The position numbers were made by a program, and so were the translations under genes. Source: Mobula hypostoma (Eukaryota). Taken from it: DNA of 64,000 bases. The stretch is taken from the NCBI RefSeq assembly GCF_963921235.1, contig NC_086097.1:25360001-25424000 (forward strand), in the 5' to 3' direction. This document shows, piece by piece, positions 63,821 through 64,000 of this stretch (position 1 is the first letter of the stretch; every line of letters begins with the position of its first letter). Below the pieces are notes generated by a model. It had not been told where the DNA came from and searched no databases. It saw nothing but the letters and a program-made list of their open reading frames with translations.

Positions 63821-64000
63821 GATATGAGCTCCCTATCAGGATTGACTCAATTGTGATACTGCTCTGGGATGAGTGAGTGACTTGCATCCATTTGTCCTAT
63901 CAATGTTTTTGTACCCCAACTTGCAAATCTTTTAAAGTTACATCCTCACCTGGGCCCCATATCTAAGAAAGGATGTGCTGACATTGGAGAGGTCCGCAGG

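Noticed and set aside
1..64000. CRISPR arrays, prokaryotic operons/defence systems, bona fide tRNA/rRNA genes, env-bearing endogenous virus
   Set aside because: Vertebrate intronic DNA: no repeat-spacer array, tRNA-like motifs are SINE heads or PBS only, and no env ORF lies between pol and the 3' LTR in either Gypsy.

Overview
Eukaryotic, vertebrate genomic DNA. The repeat landscape (abundant CR1, Rex/Babar, Penelope, V-SINE and Deu-SINE) points to a cartilaginous fish, probably a ray; this is an inference. The window appears to lie inside one minus-strand gene, CEP128. Three canonical GT-AG coding exons (41883-42059, 20696-20755, 4920-5112) splice in frame to a peptide matching the C-terminal coiled-coil region of CEP128, separated by introns of about 21 kb and 15.6 kb. 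The introns are packed with transposable elements. These include a full-length but degenerate Gmr1-clade Gypsy element with INT-before-RT order (27941-34391), an internally deleted Gypsy element with a PNMA-like gag (52488-57980), two solo LTRs, near-identical Rex1/Babar copies, Penelope elements carrying minimal hammerhead ribozyme motifs, Tc1 and Tigger-like DNA elements, and many CR1/SINE fragments, often nested. I see no convincing novel multi-gene system. The best second-look items are a sharp identity step between the two Gmr1 LTRs, a ~155-bp duplication flanking a CR1, a candidate poison exon, the hammerheads and a CTCF-like site. Identities are by-eye estimates, and the boundaries of old repeats are approximate.
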